A stretch of DNA of 64,000 nucleotides from Chiloscyllium plagiosum (taxonomy: Eukaryota). Shown here piece by piece: positions 1-12,075 of this stretch. The position numbers and the translations under genes are program-made. Below the pieces are notes generated by a model. That model saw nothing but the letters and a program-made list of their open reading frames with translations. It was not told the origin of the DNA and ran no database searches. The stretch lies in the NCBI RefSeq assembly GCF_004010195.1, contig NC_057752.1:6566811-6630810 (forward strand), in the 5' to 3' direction. The first letter of the stretch is position 1. Each line of letters starts with the position of its first letter.

Positions 1-473
1 GAAGGATGTGGAAGCTTTGGAGAGGGTGCAGAGAAGATTTACCAGGATGTTGCCTGGAATGGAGAATAAGTCGTACGAGGATAGGTTGAGAGTTCTCGGC
101 CTTTTCTCGTTGGAACGGCGAAGGATGAGGGGTGACTTGATAGGGGTTTATAAGATGATCAGAGGAATAGATAGAGTAGACAGTCAGAGACTTTTTCCCC
201 GGGTACAACAGAGTGTTACAAGGGGACATAAATTTAAGGTGAAGGGTGGAAGGTATAGGGGAGATGTCAGGGGTGGGTTCTTTACCCAGAGAGTGGTGGG
301 GGCATGGAATGCGCTGCCCGTGGGAGTGGTAGAGTCGGAATCATTGGCGACCTTTAAGCGGCATTTGGATAGGTACATGGATGGGTACTTAATCTAGGTT
401 AGAAGTTCGGCACAACATCGTGGGCCGAAGGGCCTGTTCTGTGCTGTATTGTTCTATGTTCTATGTTCTATGT
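1..473 (+). mobile_element. CR1-clade LINE, 3' end (ORF2 C-terminus, 3' UTR, tail)
   Basis: ORF 8..397 has the CR1 ORF2 C-terminal motifs LERVQRRFTRM, GLFSLERRRMRGDLI, TRGH and FFTQRVV..WN.LP. It ends in a (TTCTATG)n tail at ~450-473. Confidence 0.93.
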
Positions 474-711
474 TTACATAACGTCATTGCCAAAGCATTA
501 GGCAAATCACTGCATGTCGGCTGTATGAAGAAAGACATTTGGTAACTATGTGCTTCCCATAATGTTTTGCATTGACTGCCACTAAACGCAGCCGAGTGAT
601 TTGTCATCCCTACCCAACTTGAATTCTGTCTCCACTGTAGTCCTACATTTAGCAATGAATGGGCTAAATTGGCCTATTCTATATTCATGTACCAAACTAC
701 CTTCTGGAATT

Positions 712-910
712 GAAAATGTGTTGCTGGAAAAGCACAGGTCAGGCAGCATCCAAGGAGCAGGTGAATCGACGTTTCGAGCATAAGCCCTTGGAAGGGCTCA
801 TGCCCGAAACGTTGATTCTCTTGCTCCTTGGATGCTGCCTGACCTGCTGCGCTTTTCCAGTAACACATTTTCAGCTCTGATCTCCAGCATCTGCAGTCCT
901 CACTTTCTCC
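712..910. mobile_element. Fold-back (inverted) insertion of a Penelope-like element 3' repeat
   Basis: Arms ~712-789 and ~792-872 are reverse complements around a GG centre. The sequence matches the 3' end of the PLE at 35860-35990. It is flanked by the direct repeat CTACCTTCTGGAATT (697-711 and 910-924). Confidence 0.88.
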
Positions 911-1570
911 TACCTTCTGGAATTCACTGGAATACTGACTTTTAGTTTATTGCTTCAACACTATCTGCTTGTACATGATGCGCATCATTAATTCTAACTC
1001 CAAACGATGGAAACATTTGAATTTTCTTTACGTGCCTGTCACTAAGTTGTGCTTATGCAAAAGTACCACATTCGATCTGCTGAAAGCTTCATTTTGTCAT
1101 CTTTACATTATGTTTTTGTTAGAGTAAATAGAAAAAGACTGAAAAGACAAGATAGACGGTGACCTGATAGAAGTCTTTAAAATCTTGGAAGGATTGATAT
1201 AGTAGATATAGGGAAGGCATTACTGTTTGTTGGAGGAGACCAGAACTTGGGCCCATAGATAAAATATTTGTTACGAATAAATGCAACAGGGAATTCAGAA
1301 GAAAAAGTGTATTTACCAAGAGAGTGAAGAAAATGTGGTCCTAGTTACCAGATGGAATACTTTGGGAAATGTAAACCAGAGACCATGAGAAAGGAAATTA
1401 ATACCTGAAAATATGCACAATTACAATTACAATTAGGCATTGATCGGCAATTCATTAAATGGATAGAGTATGTGTTGTTTAGTCAATTAAGTCACAGGCT
1501 TGTCCCTGGTCTCTCTTGGGTTCACCAATTTCAGTTATAGATAAATTTAAGGTGAAGCATGATATCTCAA

Positions 1571-2068
1571 AGAGTCAGAGATGCACAAAATGGAAACAGA
1601 CCCTTCAGTCCAATTTATCCATGCCAACCAGATATCCTAAATTAATCTAGTTCCATATACCAACATTTGGCCCATATCCCCCTAAACCTTCCTGTTCATA
1701 TACCCATCCAGATGACTTTTAAATGTTGCAATTGTATCAGTCTCCACCATCTTCTCTGGCACTCATTCCATACACGTACCACCCTCTGTGAAAAAGTTGC
1801 CCCTTAGCTCCCTTTTAAATCTTTCTCCCTCACCTTAAATCTATGCCCACTAGTTTTGGACTCCCCTACCCTGGGAAAACAACCTTGTTTATTTGTCCTA
1901 TCCATGCCTCTCATAATTTTGTAAACCTCTATACAGTAACCCCTCAGTCTCCGGCGCTCCAGGGAAAATAGCCCCAGTCTATTCAGTCTCTCCTTATAGC
2001 TCAAACAATCCAGTCCCGGCAATATCTTTTCTGCACCCTTTCAAGTTTAAACAACATCCTTTCTATAG
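1571..2068 (-). mobile_element. HER1/CR1 LINE 3' fragment
   Basis: ORF 1804..2022(-) reads ERLNRLGLFSLERRRLRG. The 3' UTR matches the other HER1-like copies in the window. Confidence 0.9.
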
Positions 2069-2074
2069 AAGGTT

Positions 2075-3000
2075 CTCTGTCTCACTCTAGAAGGATTTGT
2101 GCCAAGACTCCATGAGGAGGCTAGGTTTGCAGGGGCCCTTACTTATCCTGAACCTGTTTTGTAAGGACCACTACCACTGTGGCAGTTCAAATCCTGCCAT
2201 TGGGCTGATGGGGTTTGTCATGGGGTTCTTGTTAAAGACTTCCAGTGTTTCCTATTCCTTGATGCAAAGGATGTCTGCTAGTGGATATTGTTCAGCAGTG
2301 CTACTCCATATTGGGTGCCAAAACAGAAGGCAGGTAGTAGGTAGGTTCAACGTGTTATCATGTTTAATAAAGTGCAGCATGAATGGTTTCCACCAGCTCA
2401 TAAGATTTTGACAGTTGGGAGACACGTGAGGTGGTGTGATAAATAGCCAGGGGAGCAGGGGAACAGCGTGTTCAATATTATCACACTGAGTGTCAAGATG
2501 ATGTGTGCATGTGACCTATGCCCAATGAGTGCACAGTGCTCTGCTGTGGAGTAGGATAGGGCAACTGCTGAGGTCTGGACTGTTGTGGTAGCAGTGCCCT
2601 GATAGATCCAGGATGTTTTGTTCATAGGTTGTTCTCTGGTTTTGGCTTTTGGTGCTGTGCACTTCTATGAACATCTTAAGAAAACTAATTCCTATCTAGA
2701 GATACTCTCAAGTATCATGAGTTGGGATCATGCTTTACTCTCTGGCTATCCATGTAATTATTTAACCTACCCACTGGATATGGTTTCAGACGGATTCATT
2801 GCGAGACGCTATGACCTTATTGTAACGTTCGTGAACATTGTAATGTCTTTGCTCAGGACCTTGTCTATCATACAGGATGGCACTTGGTTGGCACAGAAGA
2901 TGCTTGAAGATGTAGTTGTTTGCAGATTATTTGTATATCTGTTAAAAAGGATTGAGGTTAGCATTAAACCCAGTGATAATAAATTAAGGTATCTCTAGAT
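2075..3000 (-). mobile_element. Degenerate Vingi/Ingi-like LINE (RT C-terminal half)
   Basis: Minus-strand translation gives YLRVSLDR (cf. YLGVTLDR), QTSAVALSYSTAEHCA (cf. RTSALAL.YS.AEYCAPVW) and GFELPQW*WSLQNRFR (cf. PGFDLPRR.W..LNRFRTG), in the expected order. Motifs are recalled, not searched. Confidence 0.65.
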
Positions 3001-3250
3001 CAGCAGTGACATTTCTGATTTATGTCTCTCCTCCCCAATTGAAGGACATCGAGTTCCCTGTATTGCAACTGCAGAGATCAACAAGCTTATCACAGACCAG
3101 GAACCACTCACTTTTCTGGTCCATAAGACTCAGTAGTGGACTATTTGCCCAATAAGTATTCCAGCACACTTCCTGGATAAATAATGCAGGAATAAGACAT
3201 AGAGTCATAGAGATGTACAGGATGGAAACAGACCCTTCAGTCCAACCTGT

Positions 3251-3550
3251 GGGCGGCACGGTGGCACAGTGGTTAGCACTGCTGCCTCACAGCGTCAGAG
3301 ACCCGGGTTCAATTCCCGCCTCAGGCGACTGACTGTGTGGAGTTTGCACGTTCTCCCCGTGTCTGCGTGGGTTTCCTCCGGGTGCTCCGGTTTCCTCCCA
3401 CAGTCCAAAGATGTGCAGGGCCAGGTGAATTGGCCATACTAAATTGCCCATAGTGTTAGGTTAGGGGTATGGGTGGGTTTCGCTTCGGCGGGTCGGTGTG
3501 GACTTGTTGGGCCGAAGGGCCTGTTTCCACGCTGTAAATGTAATCTAATC
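3251..3550 (+). mobile_element. HE1-type tRNA-derived SINE, full length
   Basis: A-box-like GGTGGCACAGTGG, B-box GGTTCAATTCC, conserved body TGTGTGGAGTTTGCACGTTCTCCCCG and (AATCT)n tail. It sits inside the HER1 3' UTR. Confidence 0.92.
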
Positions 3551-3852
3551 TGTCCATGCCGACCAGATATCCCAACCCAATCTAGTCCCACCAGCCAGCA
3601 GCCGGCCCATATCCCTCCAAACCCTTCCTATTCATATACCCATCCAAATGCCTCTTAAATGTTGCAATTGTACCAGCCTCCACCACTTCCTCTGGCAGCT
3701 CATTCCATACATGTACCACCCTCTGTGTGTAAACGTTGTCCCATAGGTCTCTTTTATATCTTTCCCCTCTCACCGTAAACCCTTTAGTTCTGAACTCCCC
3801 GACCCCAGGGAAAAGACTTTGCCTATTTATCCTATCCATGCCCCTCATAATT

Positions 3853-4109
3853 NNNNNNNNNNNNNNNNNNNNNNNNNNNNNNNNNNNNNNNNNNNNNNNN
3901 NNNNNNNNNNNNNNNNNNNNNNNNNNNNNNNNNNNNNNNNNNNNNNNNNNNNNNNNNNNNNNNNNNNNNNNNNNNNNNNNNNNNNNNNNNNNNNNNNNNN
4001 NNNNNNNNNNNNNNNNNNNNNNNNNNNNNNNNNNNNNNNNNNNNNNNNNNNNNNNNNNNNNNNNNNNNNNNNNNNNNNNNNNNNNNNNNNNNNNNNNNNN
4101 NNNNNNNNN
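3853..4109. other. Assembly gap (257 N)
   Basis: Run of N. The same LINE continues on both sides. Confidence 1.
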
Positions 4110-5489
4110 TAAACTCCATCTGCCACTTCTCAGCCCATTGGCCCATCTGGTCCAGATCCTGTTTTAATCTGAGGTAACCCTCTTCGCTGTCCACTACACC
4201 TCCAATTTTGGTGTCTCTGCAAACTTACTAACTGTACCTCTTATGCTCGCATCCAAATCATTTATGTAAATGACAAAAAGTAGAGGGCCCAGCACCGATC
4301 CTTGTGGCACTCCACTGGTCACAGGCCTCCAGTCTGAAAAACAACCCTCCACTACCACCCTCTGTCTTCTACCTTTGAGCCAGTTCTGTATCCAAATGGC
4401 TAGTTCTCCCCGTATTCCATGAGATCTAATCTTGCTAATCAGTCTCCCGTGGGGAAAGTGCAATTTAAGGTTTCAGCATACAAATCACAATCACCACTGT
4501 TCTTTGACCATTAAACTTTCTCATATCCAAATTTCAAGCTCTGTTATTTTAACATGGGCAATTAATCCAGGTAAAAACTTGGTATAACATGTTGGGCATT
4601 CTTAAATGATCAGAACCGATCAGAATTTCAATTGTTCCTTTCTTTCTCTCTGCCATTTCACCGATGGCTGGATCTCAGTACGGCTCAAACTGATTAACTA
4701 GAAATCTTTCAGCTGTAAGGATGCCCCATGAAATAGGTCCAGGATTTTCTCAATCAATGCAATAATAGTTAGGGAACAAAGCATGTGTAAATCAGTGGTA
4801 CAGTAATTGGTGACCTTCCTCAGAGAATCCTAAGTATGTGCAAATAGATTCACCCCCAGGTACTCTGCTGGGGTGGGGGCGGTTGGTGAAGCCTATTATT
4901 GCAGCAAGCAAAAGAAAGCTACCTACAAATAGTGCTTACACTATCTTGATGCTGGCATTGGATAGAAAAAACTGTTTCAAATCTTCCACCTACCTTCCTG
5001 TCCCTGCCCTGCCCCACAGATATAAAGCTGATTTTCAGTCACTATTCAGATGCAAAAGTTCCATTGTTGACTTATTTACAGAAAAGCAAAAATTTTTTTG
5101 TTTTTTTTCCACTGGCAAATCACCCTTTGAAAAGGTTTTTGTAAAGGTTTAACCGTAAGTAGCATTGGAATGTGTGTTGGTGTAGTCCTAACAGCAAGGT
5201 GAATTGTTTTACCAAGCCACCGTCACGAGTTGTTTATCAAGTTTCAAACCACATTGGTTAGTGAATCAATAAATAGCTCATCAGTGGCATTCTGGTACAA
5301 ATAAACTGTTGGGGGGAAAGAAAATATACATCAACTGTTGGAGCCAGCATACCACATGGCGCAGAGCAAGTTTACATTTTCTTTCCTTCAGTCAACTGAT
5401 ATCCAAATTCTGTCTATTTCCTGTTCTCCCCAAGTTTTCCCTCTTTTTCTTGGCCTTCATTGCAATGCGGGGTTGGTGGGGGGGTAGGA

Positions 5490-5941
5490 TTATGAAAGTA
5501 GGGAAGTCTTGCTACTGCTGTACAGAATATTGGAGAGACTGCACTTGGGAACATTGTGTATGGTGTTGGTCACCTTACTTAAAGGGACGCCCTCGCATCG
5601 GAAACGGTTCAGAGAGGATTTTCTATATGGATGTCTGAGATGAGAGGGTTGTCTTATGAGGGAAGGTTGAGCACATTGGGCTGACTGAAAGAATAAGAGG
5701 TGGCCTTATTGAAATATTGAGGGGGATTGACAGCATAGATACTGGAAGGATGATGTTCCGTCTCTGGAGAAATTTAAAATTGGGAGGTACTTTTCAAATT
5801 AAGGTGCCTCCCATTTAAGACAGAATTGAAGAGGAATTTCTTCTCTCAGAGTTAGACAAATATTTGACGTACAAGGCACTTTAGCATTATGGGAATGCTG
5901 ACAGGAAAGTGGGGTTAAGGCCACAATCAGATCAACCATGT
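5490..5941 (+). mobile_element. Old degenerate CR1 LINE 3' fragment
   Basis: Decayed matches to the RPHLEHCV..WSPYL and RGDLIE motifs and to AGGAATTTCTTCTCTCAGAG. Confidence 0.7.
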
Positions 5942-6217
5942 GAGTAAGAGTGAGAGGGGGTGAGCGAGAGAGACTTTTATTTGGCCCAAGGGGATCTCCT
6001 ATGGCTTTGATACAAATCCCTTACAAATCTAGCTCAATAGGCTATTCTTCATGCATGAAAACAAAAGACATATATACTGTTTTGCATAACCACAGGATGT
6101 CTCAATGTCTTAGAAACATAAAAATTAGGAAGAGGAGGCTATTTAGCCCTTTGAGTTTGCTCCACCATTCAATAATGCAAGAGGTAGTGGGATCATTGCC
6201 CACATTCTTCACTGGTT

Positions 6218-6482
6218 TTAGGGTGGCACAGTGGCTCAGTGGTGCCAAGGACCCAGGTTCAATTCAACCCTCAGGTGACTGTGTGGAGTTTGCACATTCT
6301 CCTTGTGTTTGCAGGTGCTCCATTTTGTTTCCACAGTGCAAAGATGTGCAGGTTAGGTGGATTAGCCATGGGAAATGCGGGATTATAGGTTGGGGGTGGG
6401 TCTGGGTGGGATGCCCTTAAAAGGGTTGGTGTTGACTGGATGGGTCAAATGGCCTGCTCTCACACTGTAGGGATTCTATAAG
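6218..6482 (+). mobile_element. Older HE1-like SINE
   Basis: GGTGGCACAGTGG, GGTTCAATTC, TGTGTGGAGTTTGCACATTCTCC and AAAGATGTGCAGGTTAGGTGGATT. Confidence 0.8.
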
Positions 6483-6679
6483 ATCATGGCTCATCATCTA
6501 GCTCAGTCTCTTGTTCCCACTTTCTTCCCATACCCTTTGATCTTTAGCCCAAGAACGATATTTAACTTGAAAATGTTCAATGTTTTGGCCTCAACCACTT
6601 TCTGTGGCAGAACATTCCACAAGCTCCCCACAATGGGTGAAGACATTGCTCCTCGCCTCAGTCCTTTTCATAGTCAAAA

Positions 6680-6920
6680 AAGTATAATTGCAGTCACTGT
6701 TGTAATAGTGTAGGAAACAGGGCAGCATTTTATGCATGGCAAGATCCCACAAACAGCAATGTGATAATGACCAGGTCATCAGTTTTGTGTGACATTGATT
6801 GCAAGATAAATTTGGCAGTTCACTAGGAAGAACTCCCCTGTTCTCCTTTACTCAGGCTCTGGAATGGGATATAAAATGAGAACCTTGTGACTCATAGGCA
6901 AGAATGCTCAGTTATGGCTG
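6680..6920 (-). mobile_element. DeuSINE (SacSINE1-like) remnant
   Basis: CAAGATCCCACAAACAGCAATGTGATAATGACCAG and GAACTCCCCTG match the recalled Deu-domain SINE on the minus strand. Related copies lie near 25565-25800, 27520-27750, 39420-39590, 42470-42720 and 44350-44600. Confidence 0.65.
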
Positions 6921-7089
6921 ATCATTCAATCTAGCCAGTGTGAGAGCAGGCCACTCAACAAAGACGACATCAACACTGAGCCCTCTGATTTGATCTTGTC
7001 AGCATCGACACCCAAACAGGATCTACATTATCCACTCTTGGAATTCTACCAAGCCTTCTGGCAAATCATTTTGACTGGTACAATTGATA

Positions 7090-7390
7090 AAGAGGAACCA
7101 CACAGACCAACAAAGTTCCAAGTTCAATCCTTGGTTTGCAGTATGTTTATCTCAGCTATGATTATAGTGGTACTCTAAATGTGTCTAGTGTCTCGGTACT
7201 TTCAAGGCAGGCTACTGATTTTTTGATTGTTTGCCTGTAATTCCTGCTGAAAATCAGGTAAGAATAGGAGTTCATTAGTGATAACACTCTCAGCTGAATA
7301 GCTGCTCTTGCTCTACGTCAAGCCTCATATACGTAATGAATGGCCATTTGGAGGAGGTAGTGAAGACCAGCAATATTTGCAGTCAGCACA
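7090..7390 (+). mobile_element. AmnSINE2-like ancient SINE remnant
   Basis: ACAGACCA..AAAGTTCCAAGTTCAATCCTTGGTTTG..ATCTCAGC and ..GAATGGCCATTTGG resemble the recalled AmnSINE2 consensus. Related copies lie near 30880-31130(-), 40050-40250, 43000-43200, 46660-46900, 51580-51690 and 53810-54060. Confidence 0.5.
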
Positions 7391-8111
7391 TCTAGGAGAG
7401 GAAAGGAAGAAAATTGGAAAAGTACAATGTACACAGAATGATGAAAGGTCTCAAATCGAAAGATATCTATGCTGTCTACTCATCATGATTCTTTTTTATT
7501 CCTTCACTGATACCATCCTGGTCTGGTATTGTTATTCTGTAGAGTCATAGAGTCATTCCATTTGTTTTTAAGTTCAAATTAAACAGTACATAACATTACA
7601 CAACAGGTTAATGAGTCAATGCACTGTCACCTTGGATTCTTTGCGTAATTGTCTCAAACTAATCTCCAACTAATTGTCTGTAAGTAAAGTTAGAATATGG
7701 CTGTTGTTTCCTGATAAACATGTTTCTTACCCAATTTTTGTGTCTCTGGTGTGGAAAGAAACCAAGCATATCTGAATGCTGCCATACTTGCCCAGAGAAC
7801 AACAATGTGAAGAAAAATAGGTATATAATTTTTAAAATCACATGATCAAAAAGGCACATCGAAGATAACCCTGTGAAAATATTGCAACATCTACATGTAA
7901 ACAGGTAAGACCACATACCCTACCCAATGCCAATGATTAATAGTTCTATTTTTGATTAAGCCTTATGTTCCGTTATGGTAATGCTAATGAATGGAATGGT
8001 TTTCTATTTAATAGTTGCATCCAAAGATCTCCAGGTCAGATATAGGAGGAACAATTGCACTATCACCAATTTGCATCTGTGATCTCAAAGTGCTTCACAG
8101 GGACAAGTGGA

Positions 8112-8266
8112 GTGTGGTGAGAGTGAGAGAGAAAGAGTGAGAGAGAGAGTGAGAGAGTGAGAAAGATGTGTGTGTTGTGTGTGCACACAGAGAAACAGAC
8201 AATGTGTGTGTGAGAGAGCGTGATTGAGAGTGAGACAGAGAATTAGTGTGAGAGTGAGAGTGTGTG
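8112..8266. repeat. (GA)n/(GT)n compound microsatellite
   Basis: Visible directly in the sequence. Confidence 0.9.
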
Positions 8267-9043
8267 GTGCTTGGGTTAGCGTGGCAGGGAGAAACAATTT
8301 TGGAGGAACTTGGGGCGTTTTCCTTTTGATGGGATTATGACTGAAGTGTCTGACACGCTGACTGGGAGAAGTGACAGGGAAGGGTTGAAAGAACACAAGA
8401 TCAAGGGCTAGTTCATAGCCCTGAATGAGGCTTCAGGGCAGGTTGTGATGAGGCCACGGAGAACTTTGAAGAAAGGGATAAGGGCCTTGAATTTAATCTA
8501 TTAGCCAGTCAGTGGGCTAATGGTGGTTACCAAGAACATAGATGATGTAGGACGGGTCAGGAGGCAGACAGCAGAGTTTTAGACAAGCTGTTTTGTGGAA
8601 TGTGCAGTCCTGAAGGCCAATTTGAAGACTGTTAGAAAAACCATAATGACGCTTTCCTTCATCTTTCTGCCAATGCCTCAAGTCCCAATCCTCTGCAGCA
8701 GTATTTTTCTACTTCACAAAGCAGTCATCCTTGTGCTTTTTCTAGATTAACCTATTGATTTTGACTGAGCTTTAAGCTCCATAGTGTTTGATTCCTTCTT
8801 GTACCAAGCAACAACGTATTGCTCTCAGTTCGAAATCTTTAATTGTCCTAGCAGCCACACATTTCTTGTATGAAGAAATGCTTCCTGATTTCACTCCTAA
8901 ATGACCATGAAGACCTTGGAGCAGAAGTGGGCCATTCAGCCATTCGATGTGATCATGGCTGACCTGATAATCCTCAACTTCAGTTTTATATATTTTCCGA
9001 GCTTTAATTCATTCAGTTCTTCCCTTCCCCTTGCCCTGATATT

Positions 9044-9496
9044 GAGGAAAAAGTGAGGTCTGCAGATGCTGGAGATCAGAGCTGGAAATGTGTTGCTGGA
9101 AAAGCGCAGCAGGTCAGGCAGCATCCAGGGAACAGGAGAATCAACGTTTCGGGCATAAGCCCTTCTTCAGGAATGGGGAAAGTTTGTCCAGCAGGCTAAG
9201 ATAAAAGGTAGGGAGGAGGGACTTGGGAGAGGGGCGTCGGAAATGTGATAGGTGGAAAGAGGTCAAGGTGAGGGTGATAGGTCAGACTGGGGTGGGGGCG
9301 GAGAGGTCGGGAAGAAGATCTCAGGTTAGGAAAGCGGTGCTGAATTTGATGGATTTGACTGAGACAGGGTGGGGGGAGGGGAAATGAGGAAACTGGTGAA
9401 ATCCGAGTTCATCCCTTGTGGTTGGAGGGTTCCTAGCCGGAAGATGAGGCGTTCTTCCTCCAACCGTCGTTTTGTTGTGGTCTGACGATGGAGGAA
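9044..9496 (-). mobile_element. Penelope-like element 3' fragment (end of GIY-YIG region plus 3' repeat)
   Basis: ORF 9326..9526(-) reads RRLEEERLIFRLGTLQPQGMN, homologous to 35590-35670. It carries the same 3' repeat, with a hammerhead motif at 9139-9174(-). Confidence 0.9.
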
Positions 9497-9949
9497 GCCC
9501 ACCATCCTTTGAGAAAGTTCATCCAACTCCAGAATAATTCAGTGTACGATTCCTTCTCCACCCCAGCAAAATGATAATGATCCTTTACTCCAGTAACAAA
9601 TTACATTCAGCAGGGTTTTGTTCACAATTCTCTCAAAGCAACTGCATCATCTCCCCGTGTGTGCAATATGGATGCATAACAAAATTGACCATAACAAAAA
9701 GCCATAGACTTCATGCAGTATAAGATCTAATGCCAAGTCAATTCAGTCTTTCTTCCTGCCTTCCCTACAGTAAAACATTTAACCTCTTGCGCTACATCTC
9801 TTCTTGGCAGACACAAGACATATAGAAATGCAATTTTTGACCAGGCATTCCCAATTTGAGCAGTTGGTTTCAAAATCATGATATCACAAATTTGGCACTG
9901 AAAGCCTAATTTATAGAATAGATTTCATAAAATAAAGCACCATCATTTT

Positions 9950-12075
9950 ATTCATTTTAAAATAGTTATGGAGAGGGACAAAACTGGTTCACAGGTTAAA
10001 GTTCTAAATTGGGGCAAGGTGAATTTTGATGGAATTAGACAGGAGCTTGCAGAGGTTGATTGGAGTAATTTGTTTGCAGACAAAGGGACCTCTGGCAAGT
10101 GGGAGGCTTTAAAAGTGTGATAGCTAGAGTTCAAGATCTATATTTTCTTGTGAGGGTGAAACGCAAGGTTGGCAGAAATAGGGAACCCTGTATGACAAAA
10201 GATAGTGAGGCTTTGACCAGAAAAAAATAAGAGGGAGATATGGTTCAGGTACAGGCAGCTGGGATCAAGGGAATCCCTGGAGGTATACAGGAAATACAGG
10301 AGTTTACTGAAGAAGGAAATCAGGAGGGTGAAAAGAGAGCACAAGATAGCCTTGGCTGAGAAGATTTGGATGACTCCAAAGAGGTTCTTTAGGTATATTA
10401 AAGGAAAAAGAATAGCTAGAGAGAGAATAGGGCCCCTTGAGGACTAAAGTGGACATGTATATGGACAACCACAGGAGATGGGTGAGGATTTCCATGAATA
10501 TTTTTTCTGTGCTTGCCATGGAGAAAGACATGAAGACTTGGGAACTTGGGAAAATTAGTAGTCATATCTTGGGGATAGTACATATCACAGTAGGGGAGGT
10601 ATTGGATGTATTAGAATGTATAAAGGTGGATAAATCTCCTGGTCCTGACCAGATATATCCAAGAACTGCAAGAGGCTAGAGAAGAAATTGCAAGGGCCCT
10701 GGTTGATATTTTTGCATCATCGTTAGCCTTATTCAAGAAGGGCTACAAAGAAAATCCTGGGAATTATAGACCAGTAAGCTTAACATCTGTGGTAGGTACA
10801 TTACTTGAGAAGATTCTGGGAGATAAGATATACACACATTTGGAAAGACGAGGTTTGATTAGGAGTAGTCAGCATGGCTTTGTGCGTGGGCAATCATGCC
10901 TCACAAATTTGTTAAAGTTCTTTGATGAAGTGACCAGGAAGGTTGATGCGGGCAGGGTGGTAGATGTAGTCAGTATGGATTTCAGTAAGGCCTTTGATAA
11001 GGTTCCACATTGTCGGCTGCTCTGGAAGGTCAGATTGCATGGAATCCAGGGGGAGCTAACAAATTGGATACACAATTGGCTTGATGGTAGGAAGCAGAGG
11101 GTAACAGTGGAAATAGACTTATCGGACTGGAGACCTGTGACTAGTGGAGTGCCTCAGGGGTTGGTGCTGGGCCCATTACTGTTTGTTATCGATATCAATG
11201 ATTTGGATGAGAATGTACAAGGAAGGCATGATTAGTAAGTTTGTTGATGACACTAAAATAGGCGGTTTTGTGGACAGTGAGGAAGGTTATCAGAAATTGC
11301 AGCAGGACCTTGATCAGCTGGGGAAGTGGGCTGAGAAATGGCAAATGAAGTTTAATATATCTAAGTGTGAGATCTTGCATTTTGGAAAATCAAATCAAGG
11401 TAGGAGTGTCATGGTGAATGGTAGGGCCTTAAGGAGTATAGTAGAACAGAGGGACCTTGGAGTTCAGGTGCATAGTTCTCCTAAAGTAGAGTCACAGGAA
11501 GGAGGCTTTTGGCACACTGGCCTTCATCAATCAGGGCACTGAGTGTAGAAGTTGGGAAATTATGTTGCAGTAGTACAGGATGTTGGTGAGGCGGCACTTG
11601 GAGTATTGTGTTCAGTTTTGGTCACCTGGCTACAGGAAGGATGTTATTAAAGTGGAAAAGAGTGCAGAAGAAATTTACAAGGATGTTGCCAGGACTCAAT
11701 GATCTGAGCTATAGGGAGAGGTTGGACAAGCTAGGACTTCTGGAGACTGAAGGGAGATCTTATAGAAGTGTATAAGATCATGAGAGGCATGGATAGGGTG
11801 AATGCACTCCTGTCTTTTTCCCAGGGTTGGGGAATCAAGGACTAGAGTGCATCAGTTTAAGGTTCGAGGGGAAAGAATAAAAGGGAACCCGAGGGACAAC
11901 ATTTTTACACAGAGTGTGGTATGGATATGGAATGAGCTGTCAGCAGAATACATGGACAAATACATGGATAGGAAAGGATTGGAAGGATTTGGGCCAAGTT
12001 CAGGGAAATGGGGTGAGTGTGGATGGACATTTTGGTCAGCATGGACCAGTTTGGGCCAAAGGGCTTGCCTTTGTG
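9950..12075 (+). mobile_element. CR1/HER1 LINE, ~2.1 kb, decayed ORF2 (RT)
   Basis: [63 protein letters not shown] and WAEKWQMKFN occur across frameshifted ORFs. Confidence 0.95.

Larger units (their letters stand above)
3196..4456 (-). mobile_element. HER1/CR1 LINE, 5'-truncated, interrupted by an HE1 SINE and an N gap
   Basis: RT motifs [22 protein letters not shown] (4194..4463) and QWAEKWQMEF. C-terminal motif WNELPEEVVEAGTIATFKRHLD (3582..3848). Confidence 0.93.

Noticed and set aside
3736..4194. Long ORFs spanning N runs (also 55451-56239)
   Set aside because: They are open only because N codons cannot be stops.
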